Shown here: piece by piece, positions 7,954 to 17,247 of the stretch | Numbering within the stretch: position 1 is the first letter of the stretch | Layout of the letters: each line of letters opens with the position of its first letter | The notes under the pieces: model-generated | The model's database searches: none | Told to the model about the DNA's origin: nothing | Seen by the model: the letters and a program-made list of their open reading frames with translations, nothing else | Program-made: the position numbers and the translations under genes | Source: an uncultured Eubacteriales bacterium | GTDB lineage: Bacteria; Bacillota; Clostridia; Oscillospirales; CAG-272 | Direction: 5' to 3' | NCBI GenBank assembly: GCA_934467415.1 | Contig: CAKSLQ010000011.1 | Location: 22,581-86,580, forward strand | Length of the DNA: 64,000 nt

Positions 7954-8739
7954 TCAGAACTTGTAAAGCCGCTTTGCGTTGTTGTACAGGATATCCTCTT
8001 TTTCTTCCTGCGTCAAACGGCATCTCTCAATGTCAATGGGATAGGTACCTTCGCCGCCGAAGATGATCTGTTTCGAGCCGACGATCTTCACCGCATGCTC
8101 GATCCACTCCTGCACCGAGACCGGCGGCATCATGCGCTCTGCATAGTGCGCAAGCCACGCCGTGTCCAGATACAGATTCGGGAAGCGCTCGGCCATGCCG
8201 AGAAATTCCTGATAGAAGTTGCCGCCGAAGTGCGCGCAGATGAGCTTCAGCTCCGGGAACTTCTCCATGACCGTGCCGAACTGCACGGGGAAACCGATGC
8301 AGCTGTACTTGTACACATTATCCGACTTGTTGTTGGCGTCAATGTCGCTGAAATTCAGCCAACCCGTGTGGTACAGCACCGGGATGTCCAGCTCGATGCA
8401 GGTCTCGTAGACGGGGAAGATCGCGGGGTCGTCCACCTGAAAATCGTTGCAGTACGGGTGCATCTTGACGCCGCGGAAAATGCCGCGCTTCACATACTCC
8501 CGCAGCTTTGCAAGCGAGTTGTCCATGTCGTGGACGTTGACATACGCGATACCGAACAGCTTGTCCGGGTACTTCTGCACCGCCTCGATCACTTCATCGT
8601 TTTCGCGCTCGTTGCAGGCGATGACCGCGTTTTTCTCCATGCCGAAATGGTCGATGTACTCCATGAGCGGCCTGTCCTTGAAGAACTCATAGCCGTTCAT
8701 GACGAAAATGTGGCAATGCGAATCAATAACCTTACTCAT
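7954..8739 (-). CDS. Metal-dependent amidohydrolase-fold protein (amidohydrolase-2-like TIM barrel)
   Basis: 261 aa, with N-terminal IDSHCHI and downstream His/Asp blocks. Confidence 0.6.
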   Translation of the reverse strand: MSKVIDSHCHIFVMNGYEFFKDRPLMEYIDHFGMEKNAVIACNERENDEVIEAVQKYPDKLFGIAYVNVHDMDNSLAKLREYVKRGIFRGVKMHPYCNDFQVDDPAIFPVYETCIELDIPVLYHTGWLNFSDIDANNKSDNVYKYSCIGFPVQFGTVMEKFPELKLICAHFGGNFYQEFLGMAERFPNLYLDTAWLAHYAERMMPPVSVQEWIEHAVKIVGSKQIIFGGEGTYPIDIERCRLTQEEKEDILYNNAKRLYKF

Positions 8740-8778
8740 AATTGCGCCTCCTTGCGCTCTGCCGCTGTATTTGCTTCT

Positions 8779-9867
8779 TTACTGGTAAACTCTGAGCTGT
8801 GCCTCGGGCGAATCAATGTTCGTGCCGTCCACCCAGTAGTAGTTGGTGTCGATCTTGGCATTGATCGTGCCGCCGTTCAGATAGCGGACCGCGTTGACGA
8901 TGCCCTGATAGCCGATCATGTAGGGGAAGCTTGCCTCCGTGCCGTACTCGATGCCTGCGTGGATGGCGTCGAGCTGCACCTTGCCGGAGTCAAAGCCGAG
9001 TACGACATAATCGCCCTCTTTGCCCAGCTCCTTGAGTGCGTTCAGCACGCCGACGGCATTGCCCTCGCCGCTGCCGATGATGACCTTCAGATCCGGATAC
9101 GCCTCGATGATGGCCTTGGTGCCGTCAGCCGCCTTCAGCTGGTCGCCGCCGTCGGAATACTGAATGTCTACAAGCTCGATCTGCGGATAGTCCTTGATCT
9201 TCTCGATGAAGGCGTCGCGGCGCTGCACCGAGTAGTCGCTGTACTGGTCGGATGCGATCATCGCAACCTGAACCTTCGCCTCGTTCGGGAACAGCTCATT
9301 GATCTTGTCCGCCATGAAGCGGCCGCCGTCGGCGTGGCCGTAGGTGGTGATGGTGCAGATCGGGATATCGCTGTCTACGGGCTGGTCAATGATGATGACC
9401 GGGATACCCGCCTCCTTGGCGCGCTCCAGCTGAGGCAGAACTGCCTTGGAGTCCAGAGGCCCGAGGATGATGGCATCCGGCTTCTGGTCGATGATGGTGG
9501 ACAGCATTTCAACCTGCTTATCGACCTGGGTCTCGTTTTCGGTGCCCTGGAAGGTGTAGGTGACGCCGCAGTCCTTGGCAGCGGCATCGAGGCCGGCCTT
9601 GACGGACTGATGGTAGTTGTGGTACAGGCCGCGCGTCAGGCACGCGATCTTGTAGCTGCGCTTTGCGGTCTCCGCCTCGGCGAGCTCGGTCGTCGGTTCT
9701 TCATTGTAATTGACCGTGCCGTGCTCCTCGGCCGCGCCGGAAGACGCCGTCGTCGTGGGCGTATCGCCGTCCGTCGTGGACGGGGGAGTGGGTTTTTGTC
9801 CGCAGCCTGCCAGCAAGCTAAGCGACAGAAGCGCTGCAAGGACGCCGATGAGTGCTCTCTTTTTCAT
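8779..9867 (-). CDS. Sugar ABC transporter substrate-binding lipoprotein (ribose/PBP1 type)
   Basis: Lipobox LSLLAGCG, a T/P/S-rich linker, then a periplasmic-binding-protein type 1 body. Confidence 0.8.
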   Translation of the reverse strand: MKKRALIGVLAALLSLSLLAGCGQKPTPPSTTDGDTPTTTASSGAAEEHGTVNYNEEPTTELAEAETAKRSYKIACLTRGLYHNYHQSVKAGLDAAAKDCGVTYTFQGTENETQVDKQVEMLSTIIDQKPDAIILGPLDSKAVLPQLERAKEAGIPVIIIDQPVDSDIPICTITTYGHADGGRFMADKINELFPNEAKVQVAMIASDQYSDYSVQRRDAFIEKIKDYPQIELVDIQYSDGGDQLKAADGTKAIIEAYPDLKVIIGSGEGNAVGVLNALKELGKEGDYVVLGFDSGKVQLDAIHAGIEYGTEASFPYMIGYQGIVNAVRYLNGGTINAKIDTNYYWVDGTNIDSPEAQLRVYQ

Positions 9868-9937
9868 GATGGGTTCCTCCGTTTGATTTTTTTATATTTG
9901 ATGCCGGAAGCCGTGTGCCCCGGCACAAATTCGGGTG

Positions 9938-10921
9938 TTACTGCTTCTTTCTGCGCAGCATATCCACATAGACTGCGAAGATGACGACCGCGCCGGTCAC
10001 CACCGTCTGCCATTCGGACGGGACGGACATGATGCGCAGACCGTTGATCAGCACGCTCATGATGAATGCGCCGATGATCGTACCGCTGACGCTGCCCTCA
10101 CCGCCGCTCATGGAAGCGCCGCCGATGATGCACGCCGCGATGGCGTCCATCTCGTAGCCCGCGCCCGTGCTCGGCTGTGCCGCGTTCAGGCGGGCGGTCA
10201 TGAACCAGGCCGCAAAGCCGGACATCATGCCGCACAGGGCGTAGCTGATGATCTTCCACTTGATGACGTTGACGCCGGAGAGGCGCGCCGCCTCCTCATT
10301 GGAGCCGATGGCAAAGGAGTAACGGCCGAGGATCGTTTTGTTGAGCAGGAAGGATGCGACCGCCATCATGGCGATCATGATGAAGATGCCGTTCGGAATG
10401 TTGACGCCGGTCAGCTCCTTGATGAAGGAGCCTGTCGCCACGGTCTGATAGCCCTTGATGCTGTCCATGTAGATCGGGCGCGCCCCCGAGATGACCAGTG
10501 CAAGGCCCTTGCAGATCATCATCATACCGAGCGTCTGGATGAAGGGCGGCACCTTGCATTTTGCGATCAGGAAGCCGTTGATGAGGCCGACCAGCGTGCC
10601 GACCAGGATGCCGAGCACCACGCTGAGCCAGATGGGCAGCTGCATGGTGGTGGCGAAGACCGCCATCATGACGCCGCAGAGCGTCATATTCGTGCCGACC
10701 GAGATGTCGCAGCCGCCGCCGATCATGACATAGGTGATACCGATGGACAGGATGCCGTTGACCGTGGTCGCCAGCAGAATGCCCGAAAGGTTGCTGAGGG
10801 TGAAGAAGTTATCGGACAGACAGGTGAATACGATGATGATCAACACAAGGCTGGTCAGGATGATTCCCTTTTGCAGCATGTTGCCCGATGCGCCGATTTG
10901 AAGTTTCTTTGTGCTTTTCAT
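9938..10921 (-). CDS. Sugar ABC transporter permease (RbsC-like)
   Basis: 327 aa polytopic membrane protein with an RbsC/AraH-like sequence. Confidence 0.8.
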   Translation of the reverse strand: MKSTKKLQIGASGNMLQKGIILTSLVLIIIVFTCLSDNFFTLSNLSGILLATTVNGILSIGITYVMIGGGCDISVGTNMTLCGVMMAVFATTMQLPIWLSVVLGILVGTLVGLINGFLIAKCKVPPFIQTLGMMMICKGLALVISGARPIYMDSIKGYQTVATGSFIKELTGVNIPNGIFIMIAMMAVASFLLNKTILGRYSFAIGSNEEAARLSGVNVIKWKIISYALCGMMSGFAAWFMTARLNAAQPSTGAGYEMDAIAACIIGGASMSGGEGSVSGTIIGAFIMSVLINGLRIMSVPSEWQTVVTGAVVIFAVYVDMLRRKKQ

Positions 10922-10932
10922 GTTTTCGCCTC

Positions 10933-12438
10933 CTATGACTGCCGCAGCGTCGCCAGCTTCATGACCGACTCCTGCGTTGCATCCCTGCCGTCGATCACGC
11001 CGGTCAGTCTGCCCTCGCTCATGACCGCGATCCGGTCGCTGAGCTTCAGAATCTCCGCCATCTCGGAGGAGATCATGATGATGGATTTGCCTGCATCCGC
11101 CAGCTGCCGCAGCAGCTCGTAGATCTCATTTTTCGCACCGATGTCGATGCCGCGCGTCGGCTCGTCGAAGATCAGGATGTCGCAGTCGCGGAGCAGCCAC
11201 TTTGCGATGATGACTTTCTGCTGGTTGCCGCCGGAGAGGAACTTGATCTTCTGTGCCGCGGACGGCGTCTTGATGCGCAGCCGCCCGATGTAGTCCTCCG
11301 CCGCCGCCGTGCAGGCCGCGCGGCGGACAACGCCGCTTTGACCGTAGCAAAAACGGTTGTAGGACGAAATCACGATGTTGTCGGTAACAGGCAGCGCCCC
11401 GAGAATGCCGAGCGCCTTGCGGTCCTCCGAAAGATACCCGATGCCGTGGCGCACCGCCGCCGTCGTGTTGCGGATGCGGACCGGCTTTCCGTTGATCCTG
11501 ACCGTGCCGCTGTCCGGCAGGTCCGCGCCGAACAGTGCCCGCGCCACCTCGGTGCGTCCCGCCCCCATCAGACCCGAGAAGCCGAGGATCTCGCCGCGCC
11601 GCAGCTTGAAGGAAACGTCCTCAAACTTGCCGCGGCGGGTGAGGTGCTCCACCTCCAGGATGTAATCCTCCCCGAGCGCCCGCTCGGTCTTGGTCACATC
11701 GGTCTCCACCTCGCGGCCGACCATCTTGGCGATGATCTCGTTGACCGTGATCTCCTGCATCGGCGAGGTCTGGATATAGCGGCCGTCACGCATGATCGTG
11801 ATCTTGTCGCAGATGCGCTTCAGCTCGTCCATGCGGTGGGAGATATAGACGATCGCCATGCCGGAGGCCTTCAGCTTTTCGACCACGCGGAAGAGATCTT
11901 CGGTCTCCTCGTCGGTCAGCGCCGCCGTCGGCTCATCCATGATGAGGATCTTCGAGTTGTACGAGATCGCTTTCGCGATCTCCACCATCTGCTGCTTGGC
12001 CACCGAAAGCTCACGCACCCGCGTGGTGGGCGGAATTTTCACATGCAGCTCTTCCAGGTAGTGCGCGGCCTTTTCGTTCAGCACCTTGTCATGGACGAAG
12101 AAGGAGCGGCGCCCCTCGTTTTCACGATTGATGTACATGTTCTGCGCCACCGTCAGATGCGGCATCAGATTCAGTTCCTGATGGATCATGCAGATCCCGC
12201 TTTGCAGCGATTCGCGCGTGTTGGCGAAATCAACTTCCCTGTCCTCAAACAGGATCTGTCCCTCGTCTTTTCGGTAAATCCCGCAGAGAACCTTCATCAG
12301 CGTGGACTTGCCTGCGCCGTTTTCGCCAATCAGCCCGTGCACCTCGCCCTGCGCCAGCGTCAGCCGGCAGTCATCCAGGGCAAGTACGCCCGGAAACCGC
12401 TTTGTGATGTGTTCCATCCGTAAGATGACCTGATTCAC
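10933..12438 (-). CDS. Sugar ABC transporter ATP-binding protein (RbsA-like, duplicated ATPase)
   Basis: Trimmed to the GTG at 12438 (AAAGAGGGG SD), giving VNQVILRMEHITKRF. Walker A GENGAGKST and signature LSGGNQQK. The track ORF reaching 12684 reads through the operator and UTR. Confidence 0.8.
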   Translation of the reverse strand: MNQVILRMEHITKRFPGVLALDDCRLTLAQGEVHGLIGENGAGKSTLMKVLCGIYRKDEGQILFEDREVDFANTRESLQSGICMIHQELNLMPHLTVAQNMYINRENEGRRSFFVHDKVLNEKAAHYLEELHVKIPPTTRVRELSVAKQQMVEIAKAISYNSKILIMDEPTAALTDEETEDLFRVVEKLKASGMAIVYISHRMDELKRICDKITIMRDGRYIQTSPMQEITVNEIIAKMVGREVETDVTKTERALGEDYILEVEHLTRRGKFEDVSFKLRRGEILGFSGLMGAGRTEVARALFGADLPDSGTVRINGKPVRIRNTTAAVRHGIGYLSEDRKALGILGALPVTDNIVISSYNRFCYGQSGVVRRAACTAAAEDYIGRLRIKTPSAAQKIKFLSGGNQQKVIIAKWLLRDCDILIFDEPTRGIDIGAKNEIYELLRQLADAGKSIIMISSEMAEILKLSDRIAVMSEGRLTGVIDGRDATQESVMKLATLRQS

Positions 12439-12580
12439 TGCACACCCCTCTTTCCATGTGTGAAATCCGTTTGCCGTGTTTTTCGTGCTTGCTCGTCGCG
12501 ACCGCACCGCCTGCGTCTGGCGCCTTTGCACAGAACAAGCAGAACAATCCGTGTAATCCGCACGATCTTTCCTCCTCGAA

Positions 12581-12610
12581 GCGCAAACGTTTGCGCAAAC
12601 GTTTGCGCGC
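12581..12610. promoter_or_regulatory. Two overlapping LacI-family operator palindromes in the 5' UTR of the ABC operon
   Basis: GCGCAAACGTTTGCGCAAACGTTTGCGCGC, that is two copies of the palindrome GCGCAAACGTTTGCGC offset by 12 nt. The same core occurs upstream of lacI at 13907-13920. Confidence 0.6.
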
Positions 12611-12682
12611 TCGGGTAAAAATAATAAAGGAAGCCGTGCTCTCCGCTTTTTTTGAACGCCGTCGTCCTTCATTTCTGTTTTC

Positions 12683-12711
12683 ATTATAGGAGTGGCATGT
12701 CATTTTGTCAA
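12683..12711 (-). promoter_or_regulatory. Consensus sigma-A promoter of the ABC / amino-sugar operon
   Basis: On the reverse strand: TTGACA, 17 nt, TATAAT (perfect consensus). Confidence 0.65.
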
Positions 12712-12796
12712 TAATGTTTGCGAAAAAAAATAATAATTGTGCATTGTGCACAGGCCGCTCCGCATTTGCTGATGCAATCTGAACAAGGGTTTATGG

Positions 12797-12835
12797 AAAA
12801 AGCGCGCTGTCAGCGATGCGACGGCGCGCTTTTTC
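12797..12835. terminator. Hairpin terminator downstream of the LacI-family gene
   Basis: AGCGCGCTGTC-agcgatgc-GACGGCGCGCT (1 mismatch), flanked by an A-run and a T-run. Confidence 0.55.
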
Positions 12836-12858
12836 TGCGAATGATTCTGATTTTCCGG

Positions 12859-13875
12859 TCAGCGCGTCCCCTTGACTACCTCGCCGCAGGACTGCCGTTT
12901 GACCAGCAGCGGCGCGAGCGAAATGCGCTGCACGGGCGCCTGTCGGTTGCCGATCCGCTCCTTGAGCAGACGCAGCGCCTCAATGCCGATCTGATAGCAG
13001 GGCTGTGCCAGCGCTGTGAGGCGCGGTTCGAGATACTCCGCCCACTCAAAGTCGCCGAACGAGGCCAGCGCGACATCCTCCGGCACGCGCAGGCCGAGCC
13101 TTGTGAAAGCGCGCATGGCGCTGTACACCATGCGGTTGTTGGCGGCGATCCAGGCCGTCGGGCTGTTGCCCGACGTCATGGCGCGCAGGATCGCCTCGGT
13201 CAGCATATTCTTGCGGTAGTCGCCCGCGATCAGCCAGCTGTCGTTCTGCTCCAGGCGGCACTCGCGGATCACGTCGTTGTAGCCGCGGATGCGCTCCTCG
13301 GTGGTGCTGATGCCGCCGAAGCCCGCGAGAAAGCCGATCTTCCGGTAGCCGAGGCCGACCACGTAGCGCACGAGCAGCTTGGTGGACTCATAGTTCTCCA
13401 CACCGACAAAGTCAAAGTCGCCGCCGATCGAGCGGTCGATCATCACGACGGGCACCTGCATCCGGCGCAGGTATTCCAGGCTGAATTTGTCCGAATCGCG
13501 GGTGGGCGACCAAATGATGCCGTCCACGCGGCGCTCGCAGAACGCACGGATGATCTCGTGCTCCTTCTGCGGATCCTCATCCGATGAAGAAACGAACACC
13601 TGATAGCCGTCCTTGCGCGCCTCGGTGTCAATGATGTGCACAACATCGGTGAAAAACTCGTTTTTGATGTCGGTGACCAGCAGGCCGATCGTCTGCGTCT
13701 GCGCCTGCTTCAGCCCCTTGGCCATCAGATTGGGGATGTAGCCGGTCTCCTCGATCGCGCGCAGCACCCGCTGCCTCGTGTCTTCATTGACGGGTCGCGT
13801 GCCGTTCAGCACGTGCGACACCGTGGAGATCGAGACCTTGGCCAGGCGGGATACATCGTTGATGGTTGCTTTCAT
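12859..13875 (-). CDS. LacI-family transcriptional regulator
   Basis: Trimmed to MKATINDVSRLAKVSISTVSHVLNG (HTH), followed by a sugar-binding PBP-like domain. Confidence 0.85.
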   Translation of the reverse strand: MKATINDVSRLAKVSISTVSHVLNGTRPVNEDTRQRVLRAIEETGYIPNLMAKGLKQAQTQTIGLLVTDIKNEFFTDVVHIIDTEARKDGYQVFVSSSDEDPQKEHEIIRAFCERRVDGIIWSPTRDSDKFSLEYLRRMQVPVVMIDRSIGGDFDFVGVENYESTKLLVRYVVGLGYRKIGFLAGFGGISTTEERIRGYNDVIRECRLEQNDSWLIAGDYRKNMLTEAILRAMTSGNSPTAWIAANNRMVYSAMRAFTRLGLRVPEDVALASFGDFEWAEYLEPRLTALAQPCYQIGIEALRLLKERIGNRQAPVQRISLAPLLVKRQSCGEVVKGTR

Positions 13876-13906
13876 AGTGTTACTCCGATCCGATCGTCCG
13901 ATCGCC

Positions 13907-13920
13907 GCGCAAACGTTTGC
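13907..13920. promoter_or_regulatory. LacI-type operator upstream of the regulator gene (probable autoregulation)
   Basis: GCGCAAACGTTTGC, lying between the predicted promoter (13975-14003) and the ATG at 13875. Confidence 0.5.
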
Positions 13921-13974
13921 TTTCTCAGCCGTGTCCTGCCGCAATCCGCGTCCGTTATTTACTTATGTGTTTTT

Positions 13975-14003
13975 ATGGTAGCACATTTTTCCGCAATTTT
14001 CAA
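13975..14003 (-). promoter_or_regulatory. Putative promoter of the LacI-family gene
   Basis: On the reverse strand: TTGAAA, 17 nt, TGcTACCAT (extended -10). Confidence 0.4.
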
Positions 14004-14032
14004 GAGCGAATCCGAATTTCCGAAAAAGCTGC

Positions 14033-14065
14033 AAAAAGCCTGTGCAGAATCTGCGCAGGCTTTTT
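14033..14065. terminator. Bidirectional terminator after the GH43 gene
   Basis: GCCTGTGCAG-aat-CTGCGCAGGC with a flanking A-run and T-run. Confidence 0.65.
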
Positions 14066-14075
14066 GCGGTACGGT

Positions 14076-15512
14076 TTACCGCCGGACGATGCTGCAGAGC
14101 TCGCCGAGGGCGGCGTCGCCGCCCTCGAAATGCAGCTCAAGCTTCTGCACGCGCACGTCGGCGGGCAGCCCTTCAAAACGGAGAACGGCGGGGCGCAGCG
14201 GGTCGTCGGCGGTAAAGGCGACCGCATCCGTCGTGTAGGCGTCGTTGACAACGGCCGTCACCGCCGCGGGCAGACGCGCCGCATCGGGCGTGGCGTAAAT
14301 CCACAGGCTGTGCAGCCGCACGGGGTCGGCATAGGTCAGTGTCACGCTGCCGCTGTCGGCGGCAAACGCAAAAGCATCCCCGGTATTCTCCGCGGCAAAC
14401 GGGATCACGCCGTCGGTCAGCGCACCGATCCTGCCGCCGCGCGTGCGGCAGGAGGAGGTGACCGTCACCCCGTCGGTCTGCCGGTACAGGCCGTGCGCAC
14501 CGGAGGGGAGCGGCTGTACAAAATCCGAAGTCGGACCGTTGACTTTCAGCCTGCCGTCCGGGCGGAACACCAGACGGTCGATGCAGGGTGTGCGGTCGGC
14601 CTGCGGATTGACTGCCTGATCCACGGCCGTCAGCGTATGGTACACGATGTAGTCTTCCGTGCCGTCCGGCGAACGCGTCAGGTTGCAGTGCCCCGTCCCA
14701 GCCGTGCTCTTGCCGTCGCCGACAAGAATCGGGTTCTCGGCCGCCTTGGTGTACGGGCCGAGCGGCGAGGCCGCCGTGGCGTAGCCGACGGCATAGTGGC
14801 GCGACGCATAGTAATTGGCGGTGAACAGCAGATAATACAGGCCGTTCCGCTTGAACGCGCAGGGCCCCTCATTCCAGATCACGCTGCCGCTCTTCAGCTC
14901 CCACGGAGATGTCGGCGTCGCCAGCAGCACCGGCTCGCCGATCGTGCCGCTGAGATCGGCGGCAAGCTCCACGCCGCAGGTCTCGCTGACGCGCTTATCC
15001 CCCCGGTAATTCTCGCAGTTGTCGCGGGCATAGAGCAGATAGACGCGGCCGTCGTCGTCAAACAGCAGGCTCGCGTCGATGACGCTGTAGCCGGGGGCAA
15101 AAAGCGGATGATCGTACACATCGACAAAGGGGCCTGCCGGATGCTCCGCCTTCGCAAGGCCGATGCAGTGGCGCAGCTTGTTCACCGAGATGCTCTCGGG
15201 CGTCTTGTACGCCGCCGAATACACCATGTAATACGCGCCGCGGTATGCATAGACCTCGGGCGCCCAGTAGCAGGTCGTGCCGAAGGACTTCTCGGTCACC
15301 CGGTAGGCGTCGCCGAGCGGCGTCCAGCTGCTGAAGTCTTCGGACGACCAACAGGGGTAATGCCCTCTGCCGGTGCAGTACATGTAATATTTCTTCTCGG
15401 GCTCGTTATAAAGGATGAACGGGTCGCCGATGCGCGAGATCTGCCGGTACGGGCTGGTGAAGCCGTCCGCGTCGGTCGGTGCGGTGTTCGGGATTTTGGT
15501 CAGTTCCTGCAT
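14076..15512 (-). CDS. Glycoside hydrolase family 43 (beta-xylosidase / alpha-L-arabinofuranosidase-like) with a C-terminal beta-sandwich domain; cytoplasmic form
   Basis: GDPFILY, WAPEVY, IDASLLFDDDG and WNEGPC (the three GH43 acidic residues). Start moved to the ATG at 15512 (AAGGAGG SD), because the predicted promoter -10 at 15545-15550 excludes the 15542 ATG. No signal peptide. Confidence 0.8.
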   Translation of the reverse strand: MQELTKIPNTAPTDADGFTSPYRQISRIGDPFILYNEPEKKYYMYCTGRGHYPCWSSEDFSSWTPLGDAYRVTEKSFGTTCYWAPEVYAYRGAYYMVYSAAYKTPESISVNKLRHCIGLAKAEHPAGPFVDVYDHPLFAPGYSVIDASLLFDDDGRVYLLYARDNCENYRGDKRVSETCGVELAADLSGTIGEPVLLATPTSPWELKSGSVIWNEGPCAFKRNGLYYLLFTANYYASRHYAVGYATAASPLGPYTKAAENPILVGDGKSTAGTGHCNLTRSPDGTEDYIVYHTLTAVDQAVNPQADRTPCIDRLVFRPDGRLKVNGPTSDFVQPLPSGAHGLYRQTDGVTVTSSCRTRGGRIGALTDGVIPFAAENTGDAFAFAADSGSVTLTYADPVRLHSLWIYATPDAARLPAAVTAVVNDAYTTDAVAFTADDPLRPAVLRFEGLPADVRVQKLELHFEGGDAALGELCSIVRR

Positions 15513-15544
15513 AGAGGCCTCCTTGACTGTTGGTTTATACATCC

Positions 15545-15573
15545 AGTATAACCCGCCGCACAGCTTTTTTCAA
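15545..15573 (-). promoter_or_regulatory. Promoter of the cytoplasmic GH43 gene
   Basis: On the reverse strand: TTGAAA, 17 nt, TATACT. Confidence 0.5.
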
Positions 15574-15613
15574 TCTTTTTCGGGTGTAAATTCCGCGCCG
15601 AAAATCCAACTGT

Positions 15614-15653
15614 AAAATGACAGAGACTCCCATTTTTGGAACGGGAGCCTCTG
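15614..15653 (-). terminator. Terminator after the SLH paralog B gene
   Basis: CAGAGACTCCC / GGGAGCCTCTG stem (1 mismatch), followed by a T-rich tract on the reverse strand. Confidence 0.45.
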
Positions 15654-15666
15654 CGGAAAAACGCAG

Positions 15667-17211
15667 TCAGTTGGCTTTTGCGTCGCGCATGGCGGCAACG
15701 GCGATGCGCGTAAAGATGACGCAGGCTTCGCCGCGCTTGATGTCATTCTGCGGGTTGTACTTGCCGCCCGCGCCGCCGACAATGCCCGCCTCGGCGAGCT
15801 TCTTGACGGCCGCCGCGGAGGGCAGCGTGTCGTTCATGTCGGAGAGCGTGTAGGTGCGGATCGCCGCATATTCGCTCTCGGGCAGGATGTTTGCAAAGAC
15901 GATCGCCATCTCGCCGCGCGTGATGTTCCTGTTGTAGTCGGTGAACTGGCCGTCCCCAATGATGCCGCTTGTCACGCAGTATTCGACGTAGGGCATGTAC
16001 CATGCCTCGCCTGCCGCCGCCGCGCGAACCTTTGTGCCGTTGTACGCGGTGTGGATGTTGGCCGCCGCGGTCAGCGCCTGCGCAACCGTAAACGTCCCCT
16101 CGGGTGAGAACGCGGATGCGCTCGTGCCGTTGGCCAGGCCGTATTCATACGCCGTCTTCACATATTCGAGCGACCAGTGGGACGCCACGTCTGCAAACTG
16201 GTTCCCATAGGTGCGCGTGGGCGCAAAGCCGCCCTGCTTATTGAGGGTGTCAAACGAGCTGCCGACCACGCCGAACGAGATCGTCTTACCGACGGCGGCG
16301 CTGTAATGCAGCGCAAAGCCCTCCGCCGACTTGTCCTCCGGCTTGCGGTCAAATGCGCCGAGCGTGCCGCCCGTCCAGTTGAGGACGAAGCGCTGCATCG
16401 AGATCGGCTTGTCGCTGCATACCAGGCGCTCGATGTGCGCATTGCCGCCGAGGTTCAGCGTGGTGTCGGTGTTGCCCGCCGAGACGCCGTTGACCGGCGC
16501 GATATACAGCGTGCCGATCTTGGCATCGCCCTCGACCGTGACGGTCGCCGCGCCCGAGAAGTCGGAGTTGGCAAAGCCGCGCGAATAGGCGGCAATGGTG
16601 ATCCCCTCGCCGCTGCGCACCGTAATCTCCACGGGGTCGCTGCCGCTGGCCTGCGGCTTGGCCCCGCCGATGGTCATCGCCTGCCCCATCTGATAGCCGC
16701 CGCAGATTGCAAACGCCGAAGCAAAGGATTTGCCGTCAAATTTCGCGCCGTCGCTGGTGATCGTGACGCCGGTGTCAATGGTGACGGGATAGTGGTTGGC
16801 GATGACGAAGAAGTAGTTGTCGAGCAGGTGGAAATCAAGGTCGCGGAACACATATGCGCCCGCGCACATGAAGCGCTGCCCGGAGACGGTGTACTTCGCG
16901 CCCTGCGCGCGGTAGTCCACACCGTCATACACGGCGGTGATCGTCACCGTGCCGGAAAATTCCTCCGTGTAGGCGAAGAACGTGGTCTGCTTAAATTCGC
17001 CGACGAGCACCACCGTGGCGTCGTCGCGCGAGAGGTCGAGCGCATCCATCGCCGTGGTCAGTCTGCCGATCGGCGCGTCCGGCGACGAGCCGTCACCCGT
17101 GCCGCCCGTGGCGAGAAAGACCACATTGTCCGCCGCGGCCGCCGCAAGGGACAGCGCAAACAGCGAGAGGACAAGCAGGAAAAGGGAAACCAGCATCCGG
17201 TTGTGTTTCAT
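15667..17211 (-). CDS. Cell-surface beta-helix-like protein, paralog B, with C-terminal SLH domains
   Basis: Signal peptide MKHNRMLVSLFLLVLSLFALSLAAAAA. Module motifs VVFLATGGTGDGSSPDAP and TITAVYDGVDYR. C-terminal SLH-type repeats: FADVASHWSLEYVKTAYEYGLANG..., then YMPYVEYCVTSGII..., then AVKKLAEAGIVGG. Confidence 0.75.
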   Translation of the reverse strand: MKHNRMLVSLFLLVLSLFALSLAAAAADNVVFLATGGTGDGSSPDAPIGRLTTAMDALDLSRDDATVVLVGEFKQTTFFAYTEEFSGTVTITAVYDGVDYRAQGAKYTVSGQRFMCAGAYVFRDLDFHLLDNYFFVIANHYPVTIDTGVTITSDGAKFDGKSFASAFAICGGYQMGQAMTIGGAKPQASGSDPVEITVRSGEGITIAAYSRGFANSDFSGAATVTVEGDAKIGTLYIAPVNGVSAGNTDTTLNLGGNAHIERLVCSDKPISMQRFVLNWTGGTLGAFDRKPEDKSAEGFALHYSAAVGKTISFGVVGSSFDTLNKQGGFAPTRTYGNQFADVASHWSLEYVKTAYEYGLANGTSASAFSPEGTFTVAQALTAAANIHTAYNGTKVRAAAAGEAWYMPYVEYCVTSGIIGDGQFTDYNRNITRGEMAIVFANILPESEYAAIRTYTLSDMNDTLPSAAAVKKLAEAGIVGGAGGKYNPQNDIKRGEACVIFTRIAVAAMRDAKAN

Positions 17212-17247
17212 TTTACATACTCCTTTACGCAGAAATTTCGGTATTCT

